Shown: in pieces, positions 33,465 to 42,150 of the stretch
How the letters are laid out: each line of letters opens with the position of its first letter
Position numbering within the stretch: position 1 is the first letter of the stretch
Virus record (IMG/VR): IMGVR_UViG_3300044912_000492
Location: 1-64,000 of that record
Strand: one strand, 5' to 3'
Length of the DNA: 64,000 nucleotides
DNA from: a virus
Made by a program: the position numbers and the translations under genes
Notes under the pieces: model-generated
What the model was told of the DNA's origin: nothing
Databases searched by the model: none
What the model saw: the letters and a program-made list of their open reading frames with translations, nothing else

Positions 33465-34432
33465 TGATTATTGTTAATAATCCTGCTGCTAGTGCTGCTA
33501 GTGCTGCTGGTATTGGGAAAAACTATTTTAAAAACCCTAACTTCGCAGTAATTCAAGGCACTGCATCAGGCACTTTAGCTAATTCCACAGCGCTGCCAAC
33601 AGCATCACTTGGTTATTTAGGAGAAACAGAGTGGTGTATTGCTGCTAGTGGTGGTACTCCTGCTTATGCTTTTAGCTCAGCAAATGAATCTGTGACCTTT
33701 ACAGGAGCCGCTTCTACTACAGCAATTTATTTGCTACAAAGGCTTGAAAGTAGAGATACTAATAGAATTAAAAGCAAAACAGTAACTTTCTCTTGTGAGA
33801 TTTCTAACTCACTTCTCACATCAGTAATTTGGGAAGTGTTTAGACCAACAACCAGTAATGATACTCATGGTACTATTGCAACACCAACACAGACATTGAT
33901 TGCTAGCGGTACTTTCACTGTAAGTAGCACACTTACTAGATACAGTGCTACTTTTACACTGCCTGATTTAGTTTCTAGAGGATTAGAAGTAAGGTTAAGA
34001 GTAGGGACGCAAACATCAGGTACTTGGATAGTTGCAAGATTGCAGTTGGAAGAGGGTAGTTTAGCTACTAACTTTAATTGTGGGGATTTTAGCCAAGAGT
34101 TGGAAAGATGCCAGAGATATTACTGGAAGCAATCCCCTTACGGTGTTGCACCAAAAGCAACTTTTACAGTTGGATTAACGGGAAGTTATTTGGGTGGTGG
34201 CTCTAATGGCGGTGGGTATTGTATCGTTAACGCTTCTTTCCCCAGAATGTTTGCTATTCCTATTGTTACAACCTCAGATGCATTAGGAGCGAGTGGCGTT
34301 TGGACTACAGATGCTGGTAATGGGCAGGGAGTTTTTCTTAACGGTATTTCGGATAATTCTATAACCTTCTCTGGGTGGGCTTCTGCTAATTACGGCTATT
34401 TGAGATATGAATGTTTTGCACACATCCCCTAA
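33464..34432 (+). CDS. structural protein, fibre/receptor-binding-like (322 aa)
   Basis: ATGA-coupled to the previous gene; Ser/Thr/Gly-rich. Confidence 0.5.
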   Translation: MIIVNNPAASAASAAGIGKNYFKNPNFAVIQGTASGTLANSTALPTASLGYLGETEWCIAASGGTPAYAFSSANESVTFTGAASTTAIYLLQRLESRDTNRIKSKTVTFSCEISNSLLTSVIWEVFRPTTSNDTHGTIATPTQTLIASGTFTVSSTLTRYSATFTLPDLVSRGLEVRLRVGTQTSGTWIVARLQLEEGSLATNFNCGDFSQELERCQRYYWKQSPYGVAPKATFTVGLTGSYLGGGSNGGGYCIVNASFPRMFAIPIVTTSDALGASGVWTTDAGNGQGVFLNGISDNSITFSGWASANYGYLRYECFAHIP

Positions 34433-34454
34433 AAATAAACTAATAAATAAAACA

Positions 34455-34889
34455 ATGGAATTTACATATAAACTAATACAAAATCAACCAAACTCCATCT
34501 TAAGACTTGAAGATGGAGCAATTATTCCAGAAGGAAATAATGGCGATTGGCAACTATATGAAGCTTGGCTTGCTGATGGCAATACGCCTGAACCCGCTGA
34601 TATTTTGTCTGTTGCGCCTCCTAATTGGGATGCGCTTTATGGTCGCTTACTTGCCTACGACCTTAATCCGATTTTTGAAAGCGTTAAGGCGATCGCAAAA
34701 ACTGACACTGCTATTAATTGGGATCTAACGGCGCTTTCGACAGCGCTTTCGACAGTGAGAACTGAACAGGCTTTAAAGGACTGCTTAGATGAGTTGATTG
34801 CAGATGGATATGTGGTTAGTGATGCTCATAAAGTGTTGTGGAATAGCGCGATCGCTGAATTAAACTTTAGCGAGTTGGTGAAATTATGA
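34455..34889 (+). CDS. hypothetical protein, possibly fibre-assembly-like (144 aa)
   Basis: ATG 34455 ([10 protein letters not shown]); [18 protein letters not shown] segment is typical of fibre-associated small proteins. Weak call. Confidence 0.4.
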   Translation: MEFTYKLIQNQPNSILRLEDGAIIPEGNNGDWQLYEAWLADGNTPEPADILSVAPPNWDALYGRLLAYDLNPIFESVKAIAKTDTAINWDLTALSTALSTVRTEQALKDCLDELIADGYVVSDAHKVLWNSAIAELNFSELVKL

Positions 34890-35053
34890 TCCGCAAAATA
34901 ACCCTGACCGCGAACGCCGACACGATCCTGACGGCGTTCCCAGTGCCTTTCCACAAGTTGCCTTTCTAGTTGCGATCGAGATAATCTAAATATTTCTATC
35001 AATACGATCTCCACTAAGCAACCTAAAAAGCAAACCAAAAAAAATTTAATAAA

Positions 35054-35419
35054 ATGCCTTGTAGTACTCCTCTCCCAATAAACAAATTTACAAATAATCC
35101 TATTTTAATTGGGTTCCCTTGGAAGGATTCGCTCGTATTTGCTACGGGTACTCTAGCCAGCCCTACCTATTTAAACCTGAGTTTGTACGATGTTTATTTT
35201 GCGATCGCCCCTTCATTTACATCAGCTATCAGCCTAGCTCCTACGATTACTAAATTATCTAACGGGCTTGCAACGTTTGAGTTTACTGATGTGCAAACAG
35301 CAACTATGACGGCTGGTACATGGGTGGGACATGTTTTTTTGCAACTTATTGCGGGCGGCGCTCCTGATTTTAAAATGCAACTTGAGATCCCTGTAATTGA
35401 CCCAGTACCAACGCCATGA
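35054..35419 (+). CDS. hypothetical structural-module protein (121 aa)
   Basis: ORF after a short gap. Confidence 0.45.
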   Translation: MPCSTPLPINKFTNNPILIGFPWKDSLVFATGTLASPTYLNLSLYDVYFAIAPSFTSAISLAPTITKLSNGLATFEFTDVQTATMTAGTWVGHVFLQLIAGGAPDFKMQLEIPVIDPVPTP

Positions 35420-35529
35420 CGCAAATAATTAAATTCACAGAGCCTCTATTGCAGATTATTCAGCGCAACAATCAACCAACTTTAATTGTGCAATATTTAG
35501 TGCAGCGCCACCGCCTGATACGTAGCTAA
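35416..35529 (+). CDS. possible small ORF (37 aa)
   Basis: ATGA-coupled to 35054..35419. Translation: MTQIIKFTEPLLQIIQRNNQPTLIVQYLVQRHRLIRS. Confidence 0.25.
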   Translation: MTQIIKFTEPLLQIIQRNNQPTLIVQYLVQRHRLIRS

Positions 35530-36083
35530 ATAGTTACGGACACATTGCCAAGATGATTGCAGCAAGCCTTGATTTGCTTAGGTGTATAGTCCACACCAAA
35601 ATAAAATAAAGTCTGTCCTTTGGGATTGCCAGAATCTTTCTTTAGTCCATCGTTTTTAGGGTTTGTGAACTCAACACGATGATTAATGGTCAAATGGCAC
35701 ACGGAATAATTTTGAGCGTCTATAAACCAATTACTAGACGTGTTTGAGTTTACCAATAAAAAACTATTACCGATATGGGCATAGCTTAGAACTAATTCTA
35801 CTGCTCTATCAATGTTGCCCTTGGAATATGGTGGATTAAACCACTTGTTATAAAAATCGGTTAAATCTTTACTAAAAGCGTCATCAGTTTTAGTCCAGTA
35901 TGTTTTCGCTTGTATGATTGTGTTAGCTCTAGCACACGAAAAAGCGTCAAGATCAAAGCCTCCAACTAAATCGCGAAATGGCTTTACATATTTTTCAGGC
36001 GTGTAATTTTCATCGTTATCCTTGTCTTCATCGGTGACAACTAAATGCATTGAGAAGAGATTAGGCTGTGTAATTAGCATCAT
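35526..36083 (-). CDS. dam: DNA N6-adenine methyltransferase, phage Dam family (185 aa)
   Basis: ENYTPEKYVKPFRDLVGGFDLDAFS and catalytic WFNPPYS (the NPPY motif). Confidence 0.8.
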   Translation of the reverse strand: MMLITQPNLFSMHLVVTDEDKDNDENYTPEKYVKPFRDLVGGFDLDAFSCARANTIIQAKTYWTKTDDAFSKDLTDFYNKWFNPPYSKGNIDRAVELVLSYAHIGNSFLLVNSNTSSNWFIDAQNYSVCHLTINHRVEFTNPKNDGLKKDSGNPKGQTLFYFGVDYTPKQIKACCNHLGNVSVTI

Positions 36084-36256
36084 TTTAAATCTCCAAAAAA
36101 TGTCCCTTTGCCCATTTTGATCATTACCGCTTGCTGTCCTAGGTAAAGCATGTGCAATTCAGTAAGTAGCTGCTTAGCTGTTTCTAAATCAATGTTTTGA
36201 ATTTGCTGGCAAAACATCATGTGAGTAAATTCTTTTTCGGGCGGTAAGTTACTCAT
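36080..36256 (-). CDS. nblA: NblA-like phycobilisome degradation protein (58 aa, below track cutoff)
   Basis: MSNLPPEKEFTHMMFCQQIQNIDLETAKQLLTELHMLYLGQQAVM... parallels the NblA core (LSLEQQF......QVQNMS.DQAKDFL..LY.Q). ATGA-coupled on both sides. Confidence 0.6.
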   Translation of the reverse strand: MSNLPPEKEFTHMMFCQQIQNIDLETAKQLLTELHMLYLGQQAVMIKMGKGTFFGDLK

Positions 36257-36404
36257 TCCACTTTACCCACTCATTACAAGCTTGATTTAGCGATCGCCAA
36301 TGATTACGAGTAGCGCTCTTGTCGCAAGTCTCACGCAGTTTACATGTAGCGCACAGAGTAGCGGACTCCATTTCTGTTATGATTTTGTCGATTGTTTTAG
36401 TCAT
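36249..36404 (-). CDS. small Cys-containing protein (51 aa, below track cutoff)
   Basis: MTKTIDKIITEMESATLCATCKLRETCDKSATRNHWRSLNQACNEWVKWNE; overlaps both neighbours by a few nt. Confidence 0.45.
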   Translation of the reverse strand: MTKTIDKIITEMESATLCATCKLRETCDKSATRNHWRSLNQACNEWVKWNE

Positions 36405-36732
36405 GATAAATACTCTTTTTTTTTACATTGATTACAGCATCTTGCTGTCTTTGTGTATGGCGTTTTAGTTCATACTCGGAGATGATTTCAATCGCTTTTA
36501 AGATGGTTTCAATAGAACTTTCTGCAATATCCCAATAGACCATCTCAGAGTAAAAAAGCAATGCAATATATTCTTTCTGTATTGCCACAATCCAAGAGCC
36601 AATTTCGCAAATATTGTCAAAATCATCAGCGTCAAATTCGATAGGCTCAAAATCGCCTTGATGCTTAAATCCTAGATTGGATAAAGCTTTATGAAGATCT
36701 TCTTGTTTCATAATCCCTTTAACTCCTTCCAC
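36397..36732 (-). CDS. hypothetical protein (111 aa)
   Basis: ORF in the chain. Confidence 0.5.
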   Translation of the reverse strand: MEGVKGIMKQEDLHKALSNLGFKHQGDFEPIEFDADDFDNICEIGSWIVAIQKEYIALLFYSEMVYWDIAESSIETILKAIEIISEYELKRHTQRQQDAVINVKKKSIYHD

Positions 36733-36911
36733 TCAGTAACTAACATCCGATACGCCGCCAAATCCTGATTAATTTGCGCGTTTACCATTGGCTTATCAAA
36801 GCTGTGATCCGTCATGCGATCGCCTATCGACTCCACAAGCTTGTCAATGGCTTGCTCTGTACCTGCGATCGCGTCTTGCTTGATTTGTGGTGTCATCATA
36901 ATTTTATACAC
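36708..36911 (-). CDS. hypothetical protein (67 aa)
   Basis: ORF directly downstream of the Phd-like gene. Confidence 0.4.
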   Translation of the reverse strand: MYKIMMTPQIKQDAIAGTEQAIDKLVESIGDRMTDHSFDKPMVNAQINQDLAAYRMLVTEWKELKGL

Positions 36912-37177
36912 GTCGCTTTAGGTTTGCCTCTAGATGTCAGGGTAACCGTTCCTTCCATCTCCAATAGGTCGAGAAAATCACTGGTAAAGTCACGGGCTTG
37001 AGTAAAGCTAACTGTTGAGAATTGACCATCAATTAGCTTCGTAAGTCTAAAGATAGGCTTACCGTAATCCTTCACGATTACATCGCGATTGTTCACTCTT
37101 ACCGATCGGCATAGCGTCGTTAAGCTATGCCGAAAATTTGTGATTGATGTTGATTCTGTTTGTTGTGTGTTACTCAT
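36896..37177 (-). CDS. Phd/YefM-antitoxin-like domain protein (93 aa)
   Basis: ATG 37177 (MSNTQQ). ITNFRHSLTTLCRSVRVNNRDVIVKDYGKPIFRL resembles the Phd/YefM N-terminal pattern. Confidence 0.4.
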   Translation of the reverse strand: MSNTQQTESTSITNFRHSLTTLCRSVRVNNRDVIVKDYGKPIFRLTKLIDGQFSTVSFTQARDFTSDFLDLLEMEGTVTLTSRGKPKATCIKL

Positions 37178-37406
37178 GGCGTGAGTTTTTCCTGTAATAA
37201 ACTCGATTTGGAGGGTTACCAGATTGGACAACACCGTTAATTCTTACAGGGAAAGAGCCTTGAATGAATGGAGTCTCTCCGCATTGCTTGTAAAATTCGC
37301 GTGACTTTTCAGTGTCTTCCCCACGAGAATCGTATGGAACCCAAACCCCATCAACAAAGATCTCTTTTGTGGTTTTTTCTTCATTCAACATGGTAATTAC
37401 TCTCAT
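37170..37406 (-). CDS. hypothetical protein (78 aa; start uncertain)
   Basis: The track start 37478 overlaps the upstream TM gene; ATG 37406 (MRVITM) or 37391 is more likely. Confidence 0.4.
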   Translation of the reverse strand: MRVITMLNEEKTTKEIFVDGVWVPYDSRGEDTEKSREFYKQCGETPFIQGSFPVRINGVVQSGNPPNRVYYRKNSRHE

Positions 37407-37471
37407 CTTTCCTAATGCGATCGCGCCTACTCTTGATCGCGTGATGTGGCTTCTAGCAGGAGAAGTGTGGG

Positions 37472-37615
37472 TTACCAATACGTGTTTGCATAACGCTTTA
37501 GCCAGTCAAAGAAAACTGCTAATCCAACTACGCCACTAGCTACAAGCGCCCAGTTAAAACCGATAGAACATAAATAGCAGCCATAAAAAACCACGATGAT
37601 AGTTACAAATTGCAT
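37472..37615 (-). CDS. small membrane protein (47 aa, below track cutoff)
   Basis: AAGGAG SD; MQFVTIIVVFYGCYLCSIGFNWALVASGVVGLAVFFDWLKRYANTYW (two hydrophobic helices). Confidence 0.5.
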   Translation of the reverse strand: MQFVTIIVVFYGCYLCSIGFNWALVASGVVGLAVFFDWLKRYANTYW

Positions 37616-37735
37616 TGTTTACTCCTTGTTTCTTGTTACTTGTTTCTTGTTTAACAGTTAATAATATACACGAATTGAACGAATAGTACAACACCAAAAT
37701 CATAGCTGTTACGCCGCAAAATCATAAGCAAAAAT

Positions 37736-38527
37736 CTATGATTGAATATCGCGCCAAATATCAGAGTAGTTAAGCAGCTTGTTATCCAAGTCCCCCATTT
37801 CTTTCCTTGGTTTAAAGCTAATTCCATACTGAGTTAGAACCTTTGTGCTAGCTTCGCCTAATGCTTTCTTGGTAAATGGGTAGTCGCGGCTCTGAGCTAA
37901 TTTAAAAGCCATGTTGAGAGATAAAAGATCACACTCAATCTCAGTAGCTTGGATTCGTGAATATAAAGCTGCATCATGCAACCCTTTAGGAGCCTTAAAT
38001 ATCTCATGAGTACTAGCGCGATTATTTAATAAATCTTCTGTTTGTGGAAGAGTAAGGTTTACACCCATATCTCTAAACCTTTTGGCGATTGTACTGATAT
38101 CTAGCCATGTATCAGTTAAAGCTTGCTGTAGCTGTTCTGTAGTCACAATCCGAACGCTTTCAAGCTTTATCCCCTTTGTTGTCTTCTTTTGTTTGGGATT
38201 ACTCTTTGATTTAGAATCTTTTACATTTTTAGGCGGCTTAGTCGGGCGATCGCTCTTAGGCTTAGGCGGTGGTGTCGCAATCTCACTAATCTGAACAATT
38301 TGGCGATCTAGTAGGTATTGCCACAATACGCCCCACTGCTTTTTGCTTGCGTTCCAATTGGCAAAGGAAAGCGCACTATATGCAATCTTCTCGTATGGGT
38401 ATAGATTCTCATCGTTGCGCTCTCGTTCAGCGATCGCACTCAAGATCGGCGCAATTTGTTGCCATAGTGCGGGGCTAGTGTCAGGGGATGGGAGCGAGGG
38501 GATGCAGATGGGTAGTGTGGGTTTCAT
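37736..38527 (-). CDS. hypothetical protein (263 aa)
   Basis: Long ORF with a central K/P-rich linker (PPPKPKSDRPTKPPKNVKDSKSKSNPKQKK). Confidence 0.55.
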   Translation of the reverse strand: MKPTLPICIPSLPSPDTSPALWQQIAPILSAIAERERNDENLYPYEKIAYSALSFANWNASKKQWGVLWQYLLDRQIVQISEIATPPPKPKSDRPTKPPKNVKDSKSKSNPKQKKTTKGIKLESVRIVTTEQLQQALTDTWLDISTIAKRFRDMGVNLTLPQTEDLLNNRASTHEIFKAPKGLHDAALYSRIQATEIECDLLSLNMAFKLAQSRDYPFTKKALGEASTKVLTQYGISFKPRKEMGDLDNKLLNYSDIWRDIQS

Positions 38528-38529
38528 GA

Positions 38530-39039
38530 TTAAAAAATCTCGTTGTAATCTTTACCTAGTGGCAATGTTGCCAGAATCTTGTTAAACGATCGCACAATGC
38601 AAAGCTCTCGGATTGGTGCTGGTACATCCTGAATGAAATGACGATATTCTGGTGTGTCTTCTTTGTGCAAATGTCGATTGAGTGCGATCGCTTCTACCCA
38701 TCTATCAATCAACTCATCAGATACCAGAGCGCAATCATCCATCCAATACCATTGTCCTGTACGAGTATCCGCGTCCCATTCATGCCATAGCCTAGCTTTG
38801 CCTGTTTCCTTGTCTCTAGTGCGATGTTGCACCGTAAAAACATCATAGTTATAGGCGACTACTTGACCAATTTCGGGCGGCATAGCGATCGCCATTGCGG
38901 GAAAGTTTTCCTTCCAAGGTTCGCACTCAATAACGGGAAAAATAGCACCCTTTTCTGTACGGTATTTAGTCTTCTTTTCGTTCTGTTTGACACTCAAAAA
39001 TAGCGTGTTACTTGGCTTGTGAATTAGTGTTTCTGGCAT
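38530..39039 (-). CDS. hypothetical protein (169 aa)
   Basis: ORF abutting the helicase stop. Confidence 0.55.
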   Translation of the reverse strand: MPETLIHKPSNTLFLSVKQNEKKTKYRTEKGAIFPVIECEPWKENFPAMAIAMPPEIGQVVAYNYDVFTVQHRTRDKETGKARLWHEWDADTRTGQWYWMDDCALVSDELIDRWVEAIALNRHLHKEDTPEYRHFIQDVPAPIRELCIVRSFNKILATLPLGKDYNEIF

Positions 39040-41405
39040 TACATATCATCCCATTGTTCATCTTCTTCGGTGTCTTGTGGAATTGGAGCTACTGGTAATT
39101 GTTGAGGCGGTACATAATCCGCTTTTTGTTGATCTAGAATTGACACAAAAGCGTTACCTATGCGACTTCTAGCGCCATCAAATACAGGTTTAACTATCCA
39201 TCCTGCTTCATAATCGCGATTCTTTTCGCACCCAATCTCAATCAATCCCCTATCGTTAGATTGTGGATTGTACCGATCATCACGGTAGAGATACAAACCA
39301 ATATCGACAATTTGGCGCGTCATACTAGTTTCTTTACTGTCAGCAAGTTTTGGGCGTTTGTCTTGCCTTGATTCAACAGCCCCTGTTGGTTGCAAAAGTA
39401 GAAACATGGTGATCTTAAGTTCCTTGCGTAGGTTATCCAATGTGACTAAGCAATGGTCAAGATCACGGCGCGGATCGTTAGTTCTTTTTAACGGGGAAAG
39501 TAACTGTAAGTAATCGATAAATACAGCCCCTATCGTGCCATTTTGAGTAACAAATGATTTAATTTCATTACAAATATCTTCAACGACAGGACTAGAATCA
39601 TAGACATAGATCCGACCTCCTTCATAAGCTTGTACCACTGCTTCAAAAGTGTTTTTATCTTGTGGTACAAAGAAAGTATTTTGCTTAATCATGCGATTGG
39701 TAAAACCTGTTTCCATCTGAGCAAACTTAGTGGCGGCGCGACTTTTACCAACTTCAAGAGAGCAAATTAAAACAGTTTCCTTGAGAAATACTGCAATGTG
39801 TTGAGCGATGTAAAAAGCTGTTGTGGTTTTCCCATGACTAGAGACAGCGATTATCCCTACCATTGATCCGCGCTCCATTTCTAGCTTTTCATCTACTTCT
39901 GGAATACCAGTGCTTAAGTATTTCTGCTCTAATGTTTCACGCTCTGATTTCTCTTGCTCAACTCTATCAATCTGCTTTCTAAGGATTTCACCAGCATTAA
40001 CAAAACCTTCAGACAATGAGTTTTTATTAGCAAACTCAGCTAATTTCTTCTGAGACTCAGCGATAGCCGCCTTAACGTCGCCACTTTCTGCATAAAGCTT
40101 AGCTACATCATTACCAAGTTTTTCACCTAATTTCAAGGTATAGCGATCGCTGATGATTTGCGCTTGGTATGCGATATCAATGTCACCAAATTGGTTAGCC
40201 CGATCCTTGAGTGAGACTAAGTATTTTTGACTGATCTTGTCGCCTAACCCCTTATCTGTAAGGATTTTATGCACACTTAACACATCGATCGGTTGATTCT
40301 TTTGGTTAAGCTCATACAAAGCTACGCAAATTTCGCGGCTTAAAGGGTCTTGAAAAGCGTCAGGGGATGCAATGATACCTGTGATAGTAGTAACGTGTCT
40401 TGGCGCTAGCAAAACTGAGCCAATGATAAAACTTTCAGCGTCAATATCTTCTGTAGGATCGCTAGCAAGATCTAAAAGTCCACTACCTCGGAAAAAATCT
40501 AGCCAATCACTAGGCGATCGCAATTGGTATTTATCAAAAGCATCAGTCCCAAATGTTTCATCGCAATCACCCTTAGTTTTATCTTGCCACTGTCCCCAGT
40601 CAGCAAATAGCACTGTAGGCACGTTTACCGCTAAGCGCTTGTAAGCTGTCAGGATATTTAGCTTTTTCTCATCCTGTGTATTAGCATCGCAAAGCAATGT
40701 ATGGGCGATCGCTTTTGGGTATTTCTGGAAGATGCGATTTAGTCCATTCTTGCCAAATATGCCAGCAGCAGCACCAATTAAAACCACATTGTCGTTAGTT
40801 TTCCACTCAAAAAACGCTCTCACAAGCGACTTTAAAGCGCCTTCTGTGTACTTAATCTCGTAGGGTTTAGAGCTATCAAAACGTGGTGACACCCATAGGA
40901 ACAAAGGATTTTCACCTGTTTCTTTAAGTTTGTTGTCTCCCGAAAATACGCCCCATGTATACTTTGCAGTTGAGCGATCATCATTGGCTTTCTGTGCGCC
41001 GCAAAACATGCCTGTGATTGGGTCAATCGCAGATATCCCGTAGCCATTATCAAGGGCAAATAACCATAGTTTGCTAATGGCATAGGCTATCTGCTTATCG
41101 GTTAGACCTCGTTCTAGCAAATTGGCAATTTGGCGATCGCTTAACTTTGATTCACAGGATCGGATCTTTGCGTCGCGTTGTTGGATGCTCAGTACTGGGA
41201 TTCTTTCACCACGATTCTGAGTACCATCTTGAATAGGGGCATACATTGCAAAGCCAAGAGCATCGTCTTTGATTTTTTTGTATCCTAGGGGCGCTTCATT
41301 GTGCGATCGGCAATGAATTCGATCGCCATTTTGCCTACAGCTTTTATGCTCACCATGACACACAGGGCAATCGCTATTTTTGAAAAGTTCAAACTCAGAT
41401 TTCAT
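39039..41405 (-). CDS. primase (Zn-finger/Toprim-like) - DnaB-type replicative helicase fusion (788 aa)
   Basis: - Zn finger CPVCHGEHKSCRQ..HCRS.
- Toprim-like YTEGALKS...LLCDAN.
- DnaB N-domain-like IIGSVLLAP..DAFQDP.
- Walker A SSHGKTTTA and Walker B VFIDYLQ. Confidence 0.8.
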   Translation of the reverse strand: MKSEFELFKNSDCPVCHGEHKSCRQNGDRIHCRSHNEAPLGYKKIKDDALGFAMYAPIQDGTQNRGERIPVLSIQQRDAKIRSCESKLSDRQIANLLERGLTDKQIAYAISKLWLFALDNGYGISAIDPITGMFCGAQKANDDRSTAKYTWGVFSGDNKLKETGENPLFLWVSPRFDSSKPYEIKYTEGALKSLVRAFFEWKTNDNVVLIGAAAGIFGKNGLNRIFQKYPKAIAHTLLCDANTQDEKKLNILTAYKRLAVNVPTVLFADWGQWQDKTKGDCDETFGTDAFDKYQLRSPSDWLDFFRGSGLLDLASDPTEDIDAESFIIGSVLLAPRHVTTITGIIASPDAFQDPLSREICVALYELNQKNQPIDVLSVHKILTDKGLGDKISQKYLVSLKDRANQFGDIDIAYQAQIISDRYTLKLGEKLGNDVAKLYAESGDVKAAIAESQKKLAEFANKNSLSEGFVNAGEILRKQIDRVEQEKSERETLEQKYLSTGIPEVDEKLEMERGSMVGIIAVSSHGKTTTAFYIAQHIAVFLKETVLICSLEVGKSRAATKFAQMETGFTNRMIKQNTFFVPQDKNTFEAVVQAYEGGRIYVYDSSPVVEDICNEIKSFVTQNGTIGAVFIDYLQLLSPLKRTNDPRRDLDHCLVTLDNLRKELKITMFLLLQPTGAVESRQDKRPKLADSKETSMTRQIVDIGLYLYRDDRYNPQSNDRGLIEIGCEKNRDYEAGWIVKPVFDGARSRIGNAFVSILDQQKADYVPPQQLPVAPIPQDTEEDEQWDDM

Positions 41406-42150
41406 TGTCAGTTCCCTCTAAGTTTTTGAGATACAAACGAGCGCGATCGTGTAGCCATTGCAAGTTAGGTCTTGCGTAATGTTCCCAATAGTTTGGGACA
41501 TCGTTGTCAGCTTTTGCGTGAATGCCATCAACTAGCCTTAAGTTTTTGGCGGCGTAGTTGTCTAGGTAAATCACAATCCAGTGATCTTTGACTTCTTTGG
41601 GGATGTCATCGGTAAAAGCTTCATGAAGGTAAACTTTGCGCCATCTAGTCTCAATTTGTTGGGTTACCTTGTTTCGTTTTGTGCCAATCGGTAAAAAGCT
41701 CCACTCCCTTGTTTCTTCTACAGGTGCTAGTAAAGCAATCGGATCAGGTATCTCAAAATCTTCACGCTTTGCGCCTTTAGCATGGCGGCAATACGATTCA
41801 ATAAAATCCTTACGAGCGATCGCTGGTTGTGTGCATTGGTTTTTGATGTACCACCATCCGCCGATCGCGTTTAGTGCTTTCAAGCCAACTACTGAAAACG
41901 GGGTGTCGATGTCTTGCCATTCGCGCTCGGCTCGTTCTTCGATTGTGCCAATAGCCAAGCCAATTAACTCATCAGGGGTAGGAAAGTATTTGCCAATCAA
42001 TGCGATTGACACTGCATCAATAAACTCCTTTTCGTTAATTTGAGATGAAATTTGCTTGTAATAGTTTTGGACTGCTTTATCTGGTAAGGACTTATCGAAT
42101 GTTGCCATTAATTCAGTCATGTACTCAATAAATACTGAAACTTCAATCAT
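41395..42150 (-). CDS. helicase loader, G39P-like N-terminal domain (251 aa)
   Basis: FDKSLPDKAVQNYYKQISSQINEKEFIDAVSIALIGKYFPTPDELI fits the G39P-family pattern. Lies between the organiser and helicase genes. Confidence 0.45.
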   Translation of the reverse strand: MIEVSVFIEYMTELMATFDKSLPDKAVQNYYKQISSQINEKEFIDAVSIALIGKYFPTPDELIGLAIGTIEERAEREWQDIDTPFSVVGLKALNAIGGWWYIKNQCTQPAIARKDFIESYCRHAKGAKREDFEIPDPIALLAPVEETREWSFLPIGTKRNKVTQQIETRWRKVYLHEAFTDDIPKEVKDHWIVIYLDNYAAKNLRLVDGIHAKADNDVPNYWEHYARPNLQWLHDRARLYLKNLEGTDNEI

